From Candidatus Hodarchaeaceae archaeon (GTDB taxonomy: Archaea > Hadarchaeota > Hadarchaeia > Hadarchaeales > Hadarchaeaceae), in the NCBI GenBank assembly GCA_030018135.1, contig JASEGJ010000028.1:1-11220 (forward strand): 11,220 bases of DNA, written 5' to 3'. The position numbers were made by a program, and so were the translations under genes. Shown piece by piece: positions 8,726 through 11,220 of the stretch (the first letter of the stretch is position 1; every line of letters begins with the position of its first letter). The notes under the pieces are model-generated. The model had not been told where the DNA came from, ran no database searches, and saw only the letters and a program-made list of their open reading frames with translations.

Positions 8726-8830
8726 CCGGAAGTCCCTGAATTCGCGCTTTTCCTTGAGCAGGACGTACATCACTTTCAGGAGCTTTCTTGCCGTTGCCAC
8801 GGCCACTTTTTGCTTTCACTTTTCGCGGGA
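8723..8830 (-). pseudogene. IS110-family transposase C-terminal fragment
   Basis: Frame not in the ORF track: SREK*KQKVAVATARKLLKVMYVLLKEKREF RDFR*. Matches the G-K-x-K-A-x-V-A-x-A-R-K-L-L-x-x-x-Y-x-x-L ending of IS110 transposases. The TGA at 8816-8818 sits where Gly (GGA) is expected. Confidence 0.75.
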
Positions 8831-8993
8831 TGTAGCTCCGTCTGAAGATCAATGGTCTATCGAAATTCGTTAAGAGATAGCTCCGATCAAGGTCGTTGGA
8901 GAATATCATCATCGGTGGAGTGGGTCCTAGGGGATAAATCGATCCCTAAGAGCCAGTTATTTTAGATATCACATCGATGTTAAAAAGAGCATC

Positions 8994-10133
8994 ATGGGCA
9001 AGCTTACCTTCGAACCGGTGTGGTTCGATTCGCTTGGCGCTAAATCGTCGTGCACTTTAGTCCGTACCCCTGATGTCTCCGTCCTCATTGATCCTGGGGT
9101 CGCGGTGATGCAACCCAGCTTCCCGGCATCATGGGCGAAAAAGCTTTATTGGGAGGCCCAGGGGATGCGCGCGGTCAAGAAGGCAAGCCGCAAGGCGGAC
9201 GTAATCGTGGTATCCCACTACCACTACGACCACTTCGCCGATTTCGACCGTAAGCTCTATGAGGGAAAGCTCCTGCTGGTGAAAAACCCCAATAATTACA
9301 TAAACGATTCTCAACGTGGACGGGCGGAGAGCTTCTTCAATAACATCTGTCAAACATTTGGAGGGGTAAAGCTTGAGGATGTACTGCAAAAACATGAGCA
9401 AAAGACTTATGGTGATCCCCTAGATGAGATTCCTCGCGCCCATGATAAGGACTTTGGTGATTATAACAGGCGCCGCAGAGAACTCCTTGTGAAGGGACGC
9501 GTATGGTTTCGAAATCGCGTGAAGCATTGGAACTCGAGAAAGTTGATTCCTGAACTGAAATTCAAAGATGTCGAGGTGAGGTTCCCAGAAAGTAAGGAAT
9601 TCAAGTTTGGGCGCACAAAGCTCAAGTTCACTCGACCGCTTTTTCACGGCATCGAATTCTCGCGCGTAGGTTGGGTTTTCGCGACGGTTATCGAGCGGGG
9701 TGGAGAGAAATTAATTCATTCTTCCGACCTCAATGGCCCAATCATCGAGGATTACGCTGATTGGGTCATCCGCGAGAATCCAAATGTGTTAATCCTCGAC
9801 GGCCCAGCCACGTACCTCATCCCCTACATGCTGAACATGATAAATCTTGGGCGCTGCATCGAAAATATTTGTAAGATAATTCGAAAAGCTTTGAACATAC
9901 AGTTGATAATTCTAGATCATCACTTGCCTAGAGACATAAGATACATGAAAAGGTTGAAGGAGGTATACTCAAGCGCCGAAAGGGAGGGGAAGAAAGTTAC
10001 CACTGCTGCGGAGTATCTCGGAAAAATTCCGAAGGTTTTAGAGTTATCGAAATCAACTGAAAGTTCCAGCGGTTGGATCTTAGACAAGAGGATTAAGCGA
10101 GGATTAGGTTCAAATTCCTTGAAGACAAGTTGA
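8994..10133 (+). CDS. MBL-fold metallo-hydrolase, UPF0282/COG2248-like
   Basis: FDSLGAKS, LIDPG, VSHYHYDH (HxHxDH), FHG, HSSD, ILDGP, ILDHH, TAAEYLG motifs. Confidence 0.85.
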   Translation: MGKLTFEPVWFDSLGAKSSCTLVRTPDVSVLIDPGVAVMQPSFPASWAKKLYWEAQGMRAVKKASRKADVIVVSHYHYDHFADFDRKLYEGKLLLVKNPNNYINDSQRGRAESFFNNICQTFGGVKLEDVLQKHEQKTYGDPLDEIPRAHDKDFGDYNRRRRELLVKGRVWFRNRVKHWNSRKLIPELKFKDVEVRFPESKEFKFGRTKLKFTRPLFHGIEFSRVGWVFATVIERGGEKLIHSSDLNGPIIEDYADWVIRENPNVLILDGPATYLIPYMLNMINLGRCIENICKIIRKALNIQLIILDHHLPRDIRYMKRLKEVYSSAEREGKKVTTAAEYLGKIPKVLELSKSTESSSGWILDKRIKRGLGSNSLKTS

Positions 10134-10141
10134 AAAAATGT

Positions 10142-10186
10142 AGGGGATGGTATAGAGACAATCCTTGATAGAACTCTACCTCCCCT
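10142..10186. terminator. Imperfect inverted repeat between convergent genes
   Basis: AGGGGA..GGTA.TAGAG (10142-10157) pairs with CTCTACCTCCCCT (10174-10186). A T6 run follows on the minus strand (A-run at 10133-10138). Confidence 0.45.
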
Positions 10187-10227
10187 CCGCTAAACGTCAC
10201 TCCACATATGGTTTACCTTGCTGTATT

Positions 10228-10452
10228 TTACTGGTGCCCGAACATCTTTGCGTAGTAGCCGATTGGCTTTATGTCGACGATGCGCGTTTCGTGGACAACG
10301 TACTCGCCGTCCTTTGAGAGCCTTACCCTGCTCTCCACTATCGGCATTGCTGTCACCTTCTCAGCTACCCGCTCCGGCGCCAGCACAAACTCTGACTCCT
10401 CGGCCTCAGCGGCTTTTAGCATCTTAGCCAACTCCTCTGCTTTTTTTGTCGT
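10228..10452 (-). CDS. Small hypothetical protein (74 aa), apparent start codon ACG; non-canonical start or recent pseudogene
   Basis: GGAGGTGA SD (10458-10465), 5-nt spacer, then ACG ACA AAA AAA GCA GAG. Protein-like sequence ..MPIVESRVRLSKDGEYVVHETRIVDIKPIGYYAKMF. Confidence 0.55.
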   Translation of the reverse strand, partial: TTKKAEELAKMLKAAEAEESEFVLAPERVAEKVTAMPIVESRVRLSKDGEYVVHETRIVDIKPIGYYAKMFGHQ

Positions 10453-10806
10453 ATTAATCACCTCCCATGCCCGTCCGCAAGCTCGCACGGCATCCAATTC
10501 GATTTTGACAGAGGTAGTTTATGAGGCGAAAACAACAAGGTTCTGTTTCATTTTCGGGAGATAAACTGAGAAATCTGAGATCGTCTTTAAAGTGCATGCA
10601 TGCAGGTTATGGTCCTAAAAGGGCGAGCTCGGGGATGGGGAGTCAAAAACTCCTTTTTTATCATGATCTATATCCCGAATGTAAACAAAACCAACAACAA
10701 CGTTCAAACGTCTCAAAAAATGATGTTAAAGGCCCTAGATGTGAGATCTCGATCGATGCCCCATCAAGGCCTTCGTTGATTCGGAGTAGGATAGGGTAAA
10801 TAAAGT

Positions 10807-11171
10807 GTCCGTCGTGTTGTAGACGATTCTAACACTGGCGCCATCGGTTTTTGCGTCTGCAAGGGGGTACGCGTACCGAGACAAGAAAAAGATCGCCAAA
10901 GGTGGTGATGAGATGACCTCGCCTAGCGAGTTCTATCATCTTGTCGATCTCAGCCGCGCTTCATGACGCAAACGGGAAAGCCTAGCCCACCGGTAACTTA
11001 AACCCAATCTGGCAAAAGTGATCTAAGCCCATACTTTGTGATTGTCACTTCGTGACTGCCGCACGATGCATAAGTTTATCTTGCGAGCGGGCTTGATTTC
11101 TGGATTCTCTGAACGATTTGTTCCGCCAAACCACGGTTCCTAAACATCTCCTGAATCGCCAGCGCGCCCAT
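10807..11171 (-). pseudogene. hypD: Hydrogenase maturation protein HypD, 5' remnant with frameshifts and an internal stop
   Basis: Stitched translation: MGALAIQEMFRNRGLAEQIVQRI / EIKPARKINL / CGSHEVTITKYGLRSLLPDWV*VTGGLGFPVCV / SAAEIDKMIELARRGHLITTFGDLF..RVP / LADAKTDGASVRIVYNTTD. Matches HypD motifs CGxHE, GLRSLLP, GPGCPVC, TFGDxxRVP and VRIVY. AGGTGA SD at 11182-11187. Confidence 0.92.
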
Positions 11172-11220
11172 TTAAGTCATATCACCTAATTTTCGCCGTA
11201 AAATAGTTCTTGAGATACTT

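Larger units (their letters stand above)
8503..8830 (-). mobile_element. Decayed IS110-family insertion sequence: 3' end of the transposase plus structured right non-coding end
   Basis: Transposase C-terminal motif at 8830-8723, followed by nested stem-loops from 8725 down to about 8506. Boundaries are approximate. Confidence 0.65.

Noticed and set aside
8601-8912. 103-aa minus ORF and overlapping ORFs 8474..8716 and 8643..8873
   Set aside because: No recognisable motifs. The real signal is the IS110 fragment in a different minus frame plus structured RNA.
10913-10966. Plus-strand 17-aa ORF MTSPSEFYHLVDLSRAS with a GGTGGTGA SD-like motif
   Set aside because: It is the antisense of hypD codons (LITTFG), which explains the SD-like sequence.

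Overview
Archaeal genomic DNA, judged from GGTGA/GAGGTGA Shine-Dalgarno motifs, TATA-like promoters and archaeal-type NadM, ThiC and UPF0282 proteins. The lineage cannot be fixed from this window. Left to right: (1) a membrane-anchored winged-HTH protein, divergent from a small membrane peptide and a BsuPI-like surface protein, with two palindromic operator-like sites between them; (2) nadM and a DUF62 SAM hydrolase, divergent from thiC; (3) a 52-aa rubredoxin missed by the ORF track; (4) a class V aminotransferase and ilvE; (5) an uncharacterised TIM-barrel metalloenzyme and P-loop kinase pair; (6) a decayed IS110-family element on the minus strand: the last ~35 transposase codons followed by a structured non-coding end with bridge/seek-RNA-like architecture; (7) a UPF0282-type MBL-fold hydrolase; (8) a small gene whose strong SD points to an ACG codon; (9) a frameshifted 5' remnant of hypD. 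All calls come from manual motif recognition. No database search or folding program was run.
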